Positions 1 to 8,546 of a stretch of 64,000 bases of DNA are shown one piece after another (the stretch's first letter is position 1; every line of letters begins with the position of its first letter). The stretch spans positions 20,215 to 84,214 of the forward strand of contig JBQTIG010000081.1 of NCBI GenBank assembly GCA_052388375.1. Reading direction: 5' to 3'. The notes under the pieces were generated by a model. The model had not been told where the DNA came from. It saw only the letters and a list, made by a program, of their open reading frames with translations, and did not search any database. The stretch comes from Planctomycetaceae bacterium. Its GTDB lineage: Bacteria; Planctomycetota; PLA2. The position numbers and the translations under genes were made by a program.

Positions 1-714
1 CGCGGCGGACGCAAACCCCAAGAGCACCTGGAGGAGGAAGAGGAGCGCGAGCGCCAGCGCCGGTCGCGCCAGCGCGCGGTCGTGGCGGTGGCGCACCCAG
101 GTCAGGCCCGCCGCCCAGAACACCGAGCCGAAAACCACGGCGGCGCCGAGCAGATGCGTCTCGAGGGGACCCCGGACGTGTCGCAATTGCGCCCCGAGGA
201 TGACCTGGAGATAGAGCACGAGCACGCAGGAGAGCGCGGCGCCGCGCAGCGTCCGGTCCCCGCCCCCCTCCCCGCGCTCGCCCGGGCGCAGAAGCCAGGC
301 CAGCGCCACCAGCGCGCAGAAGACCGCCTGGCCGGCGCACCCGTGGAGCAGCGCCTTGTGCGGCGAGTTCTCCAGCACGCGAAAGCCGCCCAGAATCCCC
401 TGGCCCACGATGGCGAGCCAGGCGGCGAGAGCGAGGGGGCGTGCGCCCCGCCGCGGCCTTCGCCGCCAGACCCAGACGAGGAGCAGGGTAGCCAGCGCGC
501 CCAGGATTGCGCCGAAGATGCGGTGGCCGTGCTCCGATCGCATGTCGGGATTCCGGATCCAGCCGTCGGGGTTGATGCTCCCGTTGCTCAACGGCCAGTC
601 GGAGAACGCCATGCCGGCGTCGCGGCTGGTCACGACGCCGCCCACCGAAAGCGTGCAGAAGGCCGCGGCCACCACCAGGAGCGCGAAGCGGAAAAGGGCG
701 CTGCCCCGCGGCAT
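1..714 (-). CDS. ctaA: Heme A synthase CtaA/COX15-family protein; the 3' part of the gene runs off the window start
   Basis: Minus-strand translation starts at ATG (revcomp cat at 712-714): MPRGSALFRFALLVVAAAFCTLSVGGVVTSRDAGMAFSDWPLSNGSINPDGW...EHGHRIFG... It is multi-TM with the FSDWPL and His motifs typical of heme A synthase. It lies immediately downstream of coxA in the same operon. Confidence 0.55.
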   Translation of the reverse strand, partial: MPRGSALFRFALLVVAAAFCTLSVGGVVTSRDAGMAFSDWPLSNGSINPDGWIRNPDMRSEHGHRIFGAILGALATLLLVWVWRRRPRRGARPLALAAWLAIVGQGILGGFRVLENSPHKALLHGCAGQAVFCALVALAWLLRPGERGEGGGDRTLRGAALSCVLVLYLQVILGAQLRHVRGPLETHLLGAAVVFGSVFWAAGLTWVRHRHDRALARPALALALLFLLQVLLGFASAA

Positions 715-718
715 CGGC

Positions 719-2497
719 TCAGGCCTTGGTCGCGGGGGCGAGCTCCCGCGCCTGGGGGAGGAAATCCTCCTCGACGTCCGGGGACGCATATTCGTAGGGC
801 CCGCGATGCACCGTCGGGATCACCTCGAAGTTCTCGTGCCAAGGCGGGGAGGTGCACTCCCATTCAAGGCTGTTGGCGCGCCAGGGGTTGTTGCCCGCCT
901 TCGCGCCGCGCTTGAGGCTGGCGAAGAGGTTCCAGAGGAAGGGGATCTGCGCCAGGAAGAGCAGGAACCCGCTCACCGTCATGATCCGGTTCCAGGTGGA
1001 CCAGCGCTCCAGGCTCTCGTAGAAGGTGGGGACGGCGATCCGCCGGTGCATCCCGCCCGCGCCCACGATGTGCATCGGGAAGAAGACGCCGTTGGAGAAG
1101 AGGAAGGTGAGCCAGAAGTGCCAGCGGCCCAGCCGCTCGTTCATCATCCTGCCGAACATCTTGGGGAACCAGTAGTAGACCGCCCCGAAGATGCCCATGA
1201 GCGCGCCCATGAAGAGCACGTAGTGGATGTGGCCCACGATGAAGTAGGTGTCGTGGATCTGGATGTCGACGGGGGTCGCGGCCATGAAGATGCCCGAGAG
1301 CCCGCCGATGATGAACATCGAGACGAAGGCCAGGGCGAACTTCATGGCGGCGGGGAAGGTGAGCTGCCCGCCCCAGACCGTGCCGAGCCAGTTGAACACC
1401 TTCACCGCCGAGGGCAGGGCGATCATCATGGTGGAGACCATCATGGCCATGCCGAGGTAGGGGTTCATGCCGCTCTGGAACATGTGGTGGCCCCAGACGA
1501 TGAACCCCAGCCCGGCGATCGCGCTGACGGAATAGACCATCGGCTTGTAGCCGAAGAGCGGCTTGCGGGCGAAGGTGGAGAGGATGTCGGAGACGAAGCC
1601 CATGGCCGGGAGGATCATGATGTAGACGGCCGGGTGGCTGTAGAACCAGAAGAGGTGCTGGAAGAGGAGCGGCTGGCCGGTCCCGGTGGGCCGCACGAGC
1701 TGGTCGGCGATCGCGACGCTGTTGGGGAGGAAGAAGGCGGCGCCGAGCACGCGGTCGGCGAAGAGGCACATCATGGCCGCGCCCAGCACCGGAGTCGCCA
1801 GGAGCTGGAGGATGGCCGTGATGAAGAGCGCCCAGACGGTGAGCGGCATGCGGAACAGGTGCATGCCGGGCGCGCGCAGCCGGATGATGGTCGTGATGTA
1901 GTTGACCGCGCCCATGATGGAGGACCACCCCACCAGGAGGACGCCGAGCACCCAGAGCGTTTGCCCCATGCCCACCGCGGTGCCGCTGAGGGGAGGATAG
2001 GCGGTCCAGCCCGACGCCGCCGCGCCGCCCTCCACGAAGAAGCTGGCGATCATGCAGCCGAAGGCGGGCCACATGACCCAGTAGCTGATCATGTTGAGCT
2101 TGGGGAAAGCCATGTCCCGCGCGCCGATCATGAGCGGGATGAGGAAGTTCCCGAAGGCGCCGGAGAGCGTCGGGATGATCACGAAGAAGATCATGATCGA
2201 CGCGTGCATCGTGAAGGCCATGTTGTACTGGCCGGGCGTCATCTTCCCCTCGCTGCCGGGGTAGAGCCATCGGCCCACGAGAGGCACCTCGCTGGTGGGC
2301 CAGGCGATCTGCTGGCGCACGAGCATCGCGAGGAATCCGCCCACGAGTCCCCACAGCACGCCGCTGAAGAGGAACTGGATGCCGATCACCTTGTGGTCGG
2401 TGCTGAAGAGGTACTTGCGGAAAAACCCCTTGGGGCCGTGCCCATGGGTGGCGTCCGCCACGGCGGAGGCATCGTGCGGGGGGATCGTCGCGGTCAT
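719..2497 (-). CDS. ctaD: Cytochrome c oxidase (aa3-type, family A) subunit I
   Basis: The 611-aa ORF 719..2554 contains GHIHYVLF, WFFGHPEVY-like (FWFYSHPAVYIMILP) and YPPL motifs and 12+ TM helices. The start is probably the internal ATG at 2497 (MTATIPPHDAS...), which leaves 4 nt between it and the coxB stop. An alternative start is 2554. Confidence 0.9.
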   Translation of the reverse strand: MTATIPPHDASAVADATHGHGPKGFFRKYLFSTDHKVIGIQFLFSGVLWGLVGGFLAMLVRQQIAWPTSEVPLVGRWLYPGSEGKMTPGQYNMAFTMHASIMIFFVIIPTLSGAFGNFLIPLMIGARDMAFPKLNMISYWVMWPAFGCMIASFFVEGGAAASGWTAYPPLSGTAVGMGQTLWVLGVLLVGWSSIMGAVNYITTIIRLRAPGMHLFRMPLTVWALFITAILQLLATPVLGAAMMCLFADRVLGAAFFLPNSVAIADQLVRPTGTGQPLLFQHLFWFYSHPAVYIMILPAMGFVSDILSTFARKPLFGYKPMVYSVSAIAGLGFIVWGHHMFQSGMNPYLGMAMMVSTMMIALPSAVKVFNWLGTVWGGQLTFPAAMKFALAFVSMFIIGGLSGIFMAATPVDIQIHDTYFIVGHIHYVLFMGALMGIFGAVYYWFPKMFGRMMNERLGRWHFWLTFLFSNGVFFPMHIVGAGGMHRRIAVPTFYESLERWSTWNRIMTVSGFLLFLAQIPFLWNLFASLKRGAKAGNNPWRANSLEWECTSPPWHENFEVIPTVHRGPYEYASPDVEEDFLPQARELAPATKA

Positions 2498-2501
2498 CTC
2501 C

Positions 2502-3392
2502 TCAGTCCTTCCAGTGCTTCCAGATGGCATCGTCGGCGGGCAGGTGGCCGCCATCCTCCGCCATCTCGGCCGCCCGGCTCGCGAGCCACGCGTCGAACTC
2601 CTCGGGCGGCAGAACCAGGAGCGCCCCCTTCATGTTCGTGTGGTTCAGGCCGCAGAGTTCGGCGCAGACGACCTCGTAGATCCCGGTCTTGATGCACCGG
2701 AACCACTGCCGGATCGTCTGGCCGGAGAGCAGGTCCTGCTTGAGGCGCACATTGGGCAGCCAGAAGCTGTGCAGCACATCGATGGTGCGGAGCTTGACGA
2801 TGATGTTTCTGTCCACGGGCACGCGCAGATCCTTGAGCTTCGTCACATCGTCGTTGGTGCCGAAGATGCCGTCCTTGCCCGCGTAGCGGAAATGCCACTC
2901 GAACTGCTTGCCCATCACCTGTACGACGATGGAGTCCTTCTCCGCCGGCATGTTCCCCTGGAACTTGATGTCGCCCCAGACTCCGGTCTGGATGACCGCC
3001 AAGGCGAAGAGGATCACGCCGGGCACGAGCGTCCAGACCAGCTCCAGCGTGTGGTTGCCGTGGGTGTGGCGCGCCTTCTCCCCAGGCCTCGCGCGGTAGC
3101 GGTAGAGGAAGTAGAGGAGAAGCCCTTCCGTGAGGAGGAAGAAGGACCCGGTGATGCCCAGGATGAGGTAGAAGAGGCCGTCGACGTCGGCGGCGTAGGA
3201 AGAGATCGCCTCGGGCTGGATGCCGGGGATCTTGGCGAAGAGGCCCGCCTGCCAGAGGATGATCAACTCGCCGAAGAGGAGGACGAGGCAGCCGATGAGC
3301 ACCGCCCCGGGCTTGGAGGCGGGGGGCGGGGGCGGGGCGGGGGCCGCGTGGCCGTGGTCGCCGCCGTGGTGGGAGTCGCCGTGATCCGTCAT
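2502..3392 (-). CDS. ctaC: Cytochrome c oxidase subunit II (CuA) with a His-rich N-terminus
   Basis: Translation from ATG (revcomp cat at 3390-3392): MTDHGDSHHGGDHGH..., two TM helices, and the CuA motif VCAELCGLNHTNM. The ORF-track entry 2502..3965 is over-extended upstream. Confidence 0.88.
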   Translation of the reverse strand: MTDHGDSHHGGDHGHAAPAPPPPPASKPGAVLIGCLVLLFGELIILWQAGLFAKIPGIQPEAISSYAADVDGLFYLILGITGSFFLLTEGLLLYFLYRYRARPGEKARHTHGNHTLELVWTLVPGVILFALAVIQTGVWGDIKFQGNMPAEKDSIVVQVMGKQFEWHFRYAGKDGIFGTNDDVTKLKDLRVPVDRNIIVKLRTIDVLHSFWLPNVRLKQDLLSGQTIRQWFRCIKTGIYEVVCAELCGLNHTNMKGALLVLPPEEFDAWLASRAAEMAEDGGHLPADDAIWKHWKD

Positions 3393-3394
3393 GG

Positions 3395-4192
3395 CTACTT
3401 GTATTCGAACTCCAGGGCCGCGGTCTCCTTCGGCTTCACCTCGACGTCGAGGCTCAGCTCCCCGAGCTCCTCGTGCCAGGCGACGACCTTGAAGGTGCCG
3501 GGCGGCACGTTGCGGAGGGTGAAGCTTCCGTCCTCGCCGCTGACCGCGAAGAAGGGGTGGCTGCTCACGTGGGCCCAGCAGATCATCCAGTTGTGCACCT
3601 CGCAGAAGATGCGCACCGGCGACTCCGGCTTCAGGAACTGTACGCGGTCCACCTTGCCGCCGGTCTGGCTCAGGTTCTGCTCCTTGTTCCGGACGGGGAC
3701 GTAGTGGACGTTGTGAAGGATCGGATCGCTGTTCCGGATGTCGAGGGTCTGGCCCACCTGGATGCCGAAGACGTGGGGGGTGTACTCGCATCCCTGCTGG
3801 TCCAGTTGCAGCACCTCCCCCGGCGCGGGCCAGACCTCGGCTCCGAGCCCCTCCCGGATCGCGACGTAGGCGTTGCGCAGCTCGCCTCGCTCGTTCACGT
3901 TGACGCCCTCCTTGCGGAGGCCGTCGGGATGCGCGTCGACGCAGTAGTCGTCGGCAAGGTCCCACTTGGGTCGGGGGCGCTTGGGGCCGGTGTACCGCAC
4001 CGTGCCGGTGATGGCGCCCGCCACCTCGGGCCGACGGTCGATCTTCTGGGCCGCTCTCCCCGTCCCGTCGCCGTAGATCACCGCGACGGCGTCCGCCGCC
4101 CTCGGCTCCGCGGGGACGTCAGCACCGCAAGCGGCGAGGAGCGGGAGCGCGGCGAGGATCAGAGCGCGATGTAGGAATCGGGATTGTCCCAT
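3395..4192 (-). CDS. Lipoprotein with a putative type-1 copper (cupredoxin-like) site and a C-terminal CarboxypepD_reg-like beta-sandwich
   Basis: Signal peptide plus lipobox (ALPLLAAC). A candidate blue-copper ligand set is His (LHNVHY) followed about 34 residues later by C-E-V-H-N-W-M, the same C-x2-H-x2-M spacing as amicyanin. The C-terminus (FTLRNVPPGTFKVVAWHEELGE) resembles a carboxypeptidase-regulatory-like fold. The gene lies between the Rieske gene and coxB. Confidence 0.4.
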   Translation of the reverse strand: MGQSRFLHRALILAALPLLAACGADVPAEPRAADAVAVIYGDGTGRAAQKIDRRPEVAGAITGTVRYTGPKRPRPKWDLADDYCVDAHPDGLRKEGVNVNERGELRNAYVAIREGLGAEVWPAPGEVLQLDQQGCEYTPHVFGIQVGQTLDIRNSDPILHNVHYVPVRNKEQNLSQTGGKVDRVQFLKPESPVRIFCEVHNWMICWAHVSSHPFFAVSGEDGSFTLRNVPPGTFKVVAWHEELGELSLDVEVKPKETAALEFEYK

Positions 4193-4803
4193 TCGCCCTT
4201 CTCCTGCTGGTACTTGGTCGTCTTGTCGACCACGAGTTGACCGTCATCGGCGACGTAGACCTTGAAGCGTTCGAGGGGGCGCGGGGCAGGACCCTCGAAG
4301 TTGATCCCGGTCGGATAGAACCCCGAGCCGTGGCAGGGGCACTTGAACTTCCGGTCCGCGTCGAGCCAGTTGGGCGTGCAGCCCAGGTGCGTGCAGATCG
4401 TCGAGAGCGCGTAGAGGACGCGCTTCCCGTTGTACTCCATGTTGGCGATCCAGACCTGGTTCTTGTCCTTGTGCTTCTCGCTCACGGTGTCGCGGGGGTA
4501 CTCCTCGAGAGGGCCGGCCTTGAAGGTCTGCTTGGGATCGAAGGAGACCCGCGGAAAGAGGAACGAGACCAGCATGCCGATCCCGGTGACCCCCGCCCAG
4601 CCGAAGAGCCCCCAGCCCGCGGCGAGCCAGAAGGTGTCGCGGCGCGTGGGAAGCGCCGGGGCTTCGAACGGCGTCGCGCCCGGCGGCATCGGATCGATCT
4701 TCTCGGGTTCTTGCGTCCCCTTCTTCACCGCGGGAAGGCCGGTGCGGAGTCCCAGCCGGGAATCGGCCGCGGCGTTGGGATTGACTTCCTTCGGCTCTGC
4801 CAT
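4159..4803 (-). CDS. Rieske [2Fe-2S] iron-sulfur protein with a Tat signal anchor
   Basis: Start at ATG (cat 4801-4803), MAEPKEV... Twin-arginine motif TRRDTFWLAAG followed by a TM helix. Rieske boxes CTHLGC and CPCHGS. The upstream part of ORF 4159..5097 is Arg/Ser-rich read-through and is not coding. Confidence 0.85.
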   Translation of the reverse strand: MAEPKEVNPNAAADSRLGLRTGLPAVKKGTQEPEKIDPMPPGATPFEAPALPTRRDTFWLAAGWGLFGWAGVTGIGMLVSFLFPRVSFDPKQTFKAGPLEEYPRDTVSEKHKDKNQVWIANMEYNGKRVLYALSTICTHLGCTPNWLDADRKFKCPCHGSGFYPTGINFEGPAPRPLERFKVYVADDGQLVVDKTTKYQQEKGEWDNPDSYIAL

Positions 4804-4807
4804 GGCG

Positions 4808-7800
4808 CTACCGGTCCTTCTCCGAGTAGTGGTTGAGAATGTAGTCGCGGAGCGCGCGCAGCTGCTCCTCCGCGGCGGCGTCGAAGAACTGCGGGTCCTG
4901 CGCCTGGCCCTTGGCGAAGAAGGAGGGCATGGCGGTTCCCGGCTGCAGCTTGCCGGGGTTCCAGAGCCACTTCTCGATCCACTCCGCGCGCAGACGCCCC
5001 TCCCGGGTGTGGCGGAAATCCGGCGCCCGGTTGCCGATGGGGACCTTGGGATCGGTGCTGTGGCAGGACTTGCACTGGTACTCGGTGAACATCGCATTGG
5101 CCATCTCCCGCCGCGTCGTGACCGTACGATCCACCTTCTTCGCGCGGTCGTCCGGGTCGCCGACCTTGAGGCGCGCCGCGGCGGCCAGGGGGATCTCCTT
5201 GCCCTCCCGCAGGAGCCCGTCCGCCGCCTTCTCCTCGAAAGGATAGGGGACTCCGCTCAGCGCCGCGAAATAGGCCACGAGCGCCCGGTCCTCGGCGTCG
5301 GTGAAGTGGAACGTGGGCATGCGGATCGAGTGCCAGGGACGGATCTCGTACGGAGTCTTGAAGAACTCGAAGAGCCACGCGGGGCGGGTCTTGAGCCCCT
5401 GGCCGAGCAGGTCGGGCGGGCGCCACTTCGCCTCCGCGATGGCGGGCCAGACGTCCGCTCCCTTCCCCTCGATGATGTGGCACGCCTGGCAGTTGTAGCG
5501 GCTCACCACCTTGCGCCCCTCGAGGATCACCCGCTGGCGCGCGTCGGGCTTGAAGGACGCCGCGTCCACCGGGTCCTCCACCAGCCCGAGGAGGAAGATC
5601 GACAAATCGTGCGCCTCCTCCGGCGTGAAATCGAAGCGGGGCATCTTGAGCCGGTCCAGGGGCAGGTCCGCCCGCGGCATTCCGAGGTCGTAGATGCGCG
5701 GGTTGACCATCTTGGCGTAGGCGAACTCGAACCGTCCGTGCTCGATGGGCGCGTGGTTGAACTCGAGCCGCTCGATGGACTTGCTCCCCCACTTCGTCAG
5801 CTCGGTCCCGATCGGCGTCGCGTCCTTGAAGGACTCCATCTGGTGGCACCCGAAGCAGCCGTAGTGCGCGACTAGCTTTCGGCCCACGTACTGCGTGCGG
5901 TCCTCCTCGCTCATGCCGGCGACGATCCGGATCGCATCTTTCGTCGATTCCTGCTGCTCGGATACCTTGAGCTCCTCGGCGATCCGGCGCAAGATGCCCT
6001 GGTCGCCGGTCACCGGGTCGGAGCTCCGCAGCGCCTCGAACTCCGGATTCTTGAGCGTCATCAGGTAGGCGGCGATGTCGCGCGCCTCTTCGTCGGTGAG
6101 ACGCAGATCGGGCATGCTGGTGTCATGCCAGTACCCGCGCGGATCCTTGAGCCACGCGACCAGCCAGGAGGCCTTCACCTTCGAGCCGATGCCCCCCAGC
6201 GCCGGTCCGTGCTGGCGCGACATGCGGTCGCCCCAGCCGTAGAGGCGCTGCGTCCTTGGGTCGGTCCAGGCGCGGAGCTTGTCCGCCGCGATCGCCAGCT
6301 CCGGCGTCGCGAGCGGCACGTCGTGACAGGCGATGCAGGCCTTGGCCTGCCCGCCGCTCGCGCCGTAGTCGCCGACGATGAGCCGCTCGCCCTTCTTGGG
6401 ATCGCCGAGGACCGGCGTCTCCCCCGCCCCCCCCTTCGCCTGCGCGAGGAGGTACTGGACGATGGCGTAGGCTTCCGACTCGCCCCACGCCTTGCCGTCC
6501 ACCGGCTCGGTCCGGTAGCCCCCCTCGGCGAAGCGGTAGCTGAAGGTGTGGCTGTTGTTGGAGAGTTCCCAGAACCGCGGCATGCGCGTGTCGGGACGGA
6601 ACGCCTTGGGGTTGTACACCCACTGCAGCAGGAACGCTTCGTCCGTCTTCGCCGTGATCGGGTCGAGGGGCGGACCGACCTTGGGACGCTGACCCTGCAT
6701 GAGCGGGTAGATGACGGGATCGAGCTTGTGGCAGCCGTAACAGCCGAAGCGGAGGAAGTTGTCCTGGCCGCGCTCGAGTTGCGACGGGCGGTAGGGCGCC
6801 TTCTTCTCGGGGATGAGGATGCGCCGCGAGGTGTCCAGGTCGGGGTCGTTGTTGAACTCCCGTGCGTGGTCCTCGTAGTCGAGGGTGTCGGGCAGCCCCT
6901 CCCGCGGCGCGCCAAGATGCGCGTGGAGGTACTCCTCTTCGGGCGAGGCGTAGACGCCGTCCTTGTGGCACTTGAGGCAGGAGGATTGGACGAGGGCGAG
7001 CGGGAGCTGCGGGTAGTTCCAGTACTGCAGCTCGGTCTTCGTGCGGCCGAGCCCTTTCCAGCGCGCCTCGGTCGCTTGGTCGGGGACGAGGCCCTCGTGG
7101 ACACTCCAGGCCCCGTCGTGGCCCGCCTGCATCGCCTCCTCGAGGGTCATTTGCGCATTGGCGGGCAGGTGCCGGTGCTCGGCGTGGACGCGCTCCGTCG
7201 TCATCCAATCGTCGACCGCGAGAAGCGGCGGGGTGTGCCAGGCGCGGCCGAAATCGGTCGACCAGCCGCGGCCCAGGTGGCAGACGGTGCAGCCGAACGT
7301 CTCGTAGGGGTGCGGGGAGTCGGAGCCCACCATCGACTCCATGTGGGGGTGGGCGCGCCAGTGGCTCGCCATCCCCTGGAGCGCGGCGAGGTAGTAGTCG
7401 CCGACGGAACGGCCCTTGGGGGACTCCTTCCAGGTGCCGTCCTCGAGCCGCTCGAAGCGGCGCCACACCTTGCTGGAGGTCCTTTCGTCGAGGCCGATCG
7501 TGCCGTCGCTGTCGTCGTAGCTCTCAAAGAGGGTGTCCAGCGCGGCGTGGTGGATCGCCACCGTGCGCAGGAGCCCCTCCTCGTGCGGGAAGCGGGAATC
7601 CGGGGGCACCTTGGGCCAGATCGACTCCAGCAGGCCGAAGACGAAGCGGTAGACCGCCTGCTCGAACTTCTCGACCTTCGTCGGGTCCCCCGCCGGCAGC
7701 GCGAGGATCTCCACCGGCCACTTCTCCGGCTCGAACCCGGCGCGCGCGATCCCGATGTGGCATGTGCCGCAGCGGTCCACCTTCTTCGGCGTCGCGAACT

Positions 7801-8533
7801 CGTAGTTGTCGACGATGTTGTCGAGCACGACCTGCTCGACCTTGGTCGGCGGCGCCAGGAAGTCGAGGAGCGGGATGTTGCGCGCGGGATGGAAGCTCGC
7901 CTTGCGTTGGCGTGCCTCCACGGTCAGCTTGAGACGCGCCAGTTCCGGGCTCCTGCGCTCCTGGTCGCGCAGGGCGTCGAGCTCCTGCAGCTTCGACTTC
8001 TTCGCGTCGAGGAGCGCGTCGCGGCTGGCCGTGGCGAGCTGCAGCGCGTCCCGCAGGCGGTGTTCGCGGTCCCGCGAGACCTCCAGCTTGTGGAGCCAGG
8101 CGTCGCGCTCCTCGGGAGTGGAAGCCTCGTGGACGAAGTAGTCCGCTTCCGTCGTGTACTGCTTCTGCCCCTTGTAGTCGAGCTCGGCGGCGTAGCGCCC
8201 CGACTCGGCCAAGCGCAACTCGGCCTCGATCCTCTCCAGGTCCGCCTTCTGCGCGTCGAACCTCTCCTGGGCGGCCTTGAGCAGCGCGTCGAGCTTCTCC
8301 CGGTCCTCCTGGGTGCGGGCCTCGAGGAGCATCGCCTCCACCCCCAGCTTCCCCGATTCCCAGCGCAGCGCGGCGCGCTGGTCCGCCTTCCAGGGGCGCT
8401 CGAAGTCGGCCCAGATCATCCAGAGGATCGAGGCCATGAGGGCGGCCGTCACCCCGGCGAAGATCTGCATCAACCGCTTGGGGTTGTAGAAGGTGCCGGG
8501 GTCGTTGTTGGTCGCGGAGGGTCGCTTGCTCAC
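4808..8533 (-). CDS. Membrane-anchored octaheme c-type cytochrome with an N-terminal coiled-coil stalk and C-terminal class-I cytochrome c-like domains
   Basis: 1241 aa. One N-terminal TM helix (IFAGVTAALMASILWMIW), then about 230 aa of heptad-like E/R/L/A-rich sequence. Eight CxxCH motifs: CGTCH, CTVCH, CLKCH, CYGCH, CIACH, CFGCH, CQACH, CKSCH. The last two lie in domains with Met-ligand motifs (IRMPTFHF, GTAMPSFF) typical of mono-heme cytochrome c. Confidence 0.85.
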   Translation of the reverse strand: MSKRPSATNNDPGTFYNPKRLMQIFAGVTAALMASILWMIWADFERPWKADQRAALRWESGKLGVEAMLLEARTQEDREKLDALLKAAQERFDAQKADLERIEAELRLAESGRYAAELDYKGQKQYTTEADYFVHEASTPEERDAWLHKLEVSRDREHRLRDALQLATASRDALLDAKKSKLQELDALRDQERRSPELARLKLTVEARQRKASFHPARNIPLLDFLAPPTKVEQVVLDNIVDNYEFATPKKVDRCGTCHIGIARAGFEPEKWPVEILALPAGDPTKVEKFEQAVYRFVFGLLESIWPKVPPDSRFPHEEGLLRTVAIHHAALDTLFESYDDSDGTIGLDERTSSKVWRRFERLEDGTWKESPKGRSVGDYYLAALQGMASHWRAHPHMESMVGSDSPHPYETFGCTVCHLGRGWSTDFGRAWHTPPLLAVDDWMTTERVHAEHRHLPANAQMTLEEAMQAGHDGAWSVHEGLVPDQATEARWKGLGRTKTELQYWNYPQLPLALVQSSCLKCHKDGVYASPEEEYLHAHLGAPREGLPDTLDYEDHAREFNNDPDLDTSRRILIPEKKAPYRPSQLERGQDNFLRFGCYGCHKLDPVIYPLMQGQRPKVGPPLDPITAKTDEAFLLQWVYNPKAFRPDTRMPRFWELSNNSHTFSYRFAEGGYRTEPVDGKAWGESEAYAIVQYLLAQAKGGAGETPVLGDPKKGERLIVGDYGASGGQAKACIACHDVPLATPELAIAADKLRAWTDPRTQRLYGWGDRMSRQHGPALGGIGSKVKASWLVAWLKDPRGYWHDTSMPDLRLTDEEARDIAAYLMTLKNPEFEALRSSDPVTGDQGILRRIAEELKVSEQQESTKDAIRIVAGMSEEDRTQYVGRKLVAHYGCFGCHQMESFKDATPIGTELTKWGSKSIERLEFNHAPIEHGRFEFAYAKMVNPRIYDLGMPRADLPLDRLKMPRFDFTPEEAHDLSIFLLGLVEDPVDAASFKPDARQRVILEGRKVVSRYNCQACHIIEGKGADVWPAIAEAKWRPPDLLGQGLKTRPAWLFEFFKTPYEIRPWHSIRMPTFHFTDAEDRALVAYFAALSGVPYPFEEKAADGLLREGKEIPLAAAARLKVGDPDDRAKKVDRTVTTRREMANAMFTEYQCKSCHSTDPKVPIGNRAPDFRHTREGRLRAEWIEKWLWNPGKLQPGTAMPSFFAKGQAQDPQFFDAAAEEQLRALRDYILNHYSEKDR

Positions 8534-8546
8534 GGGACTCGCTTCC

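Noticed and set aside
82-2692. Long plus-strand ORFs (82..915, 356..2692) and the minus ORF 864..2354 overlapping coxA
   Set aside because: They are antisense or off-frame to a well-conserved cytochrome oxidase subunit I. They are Arg/Gly/Pro-rich high-GC artefacts.
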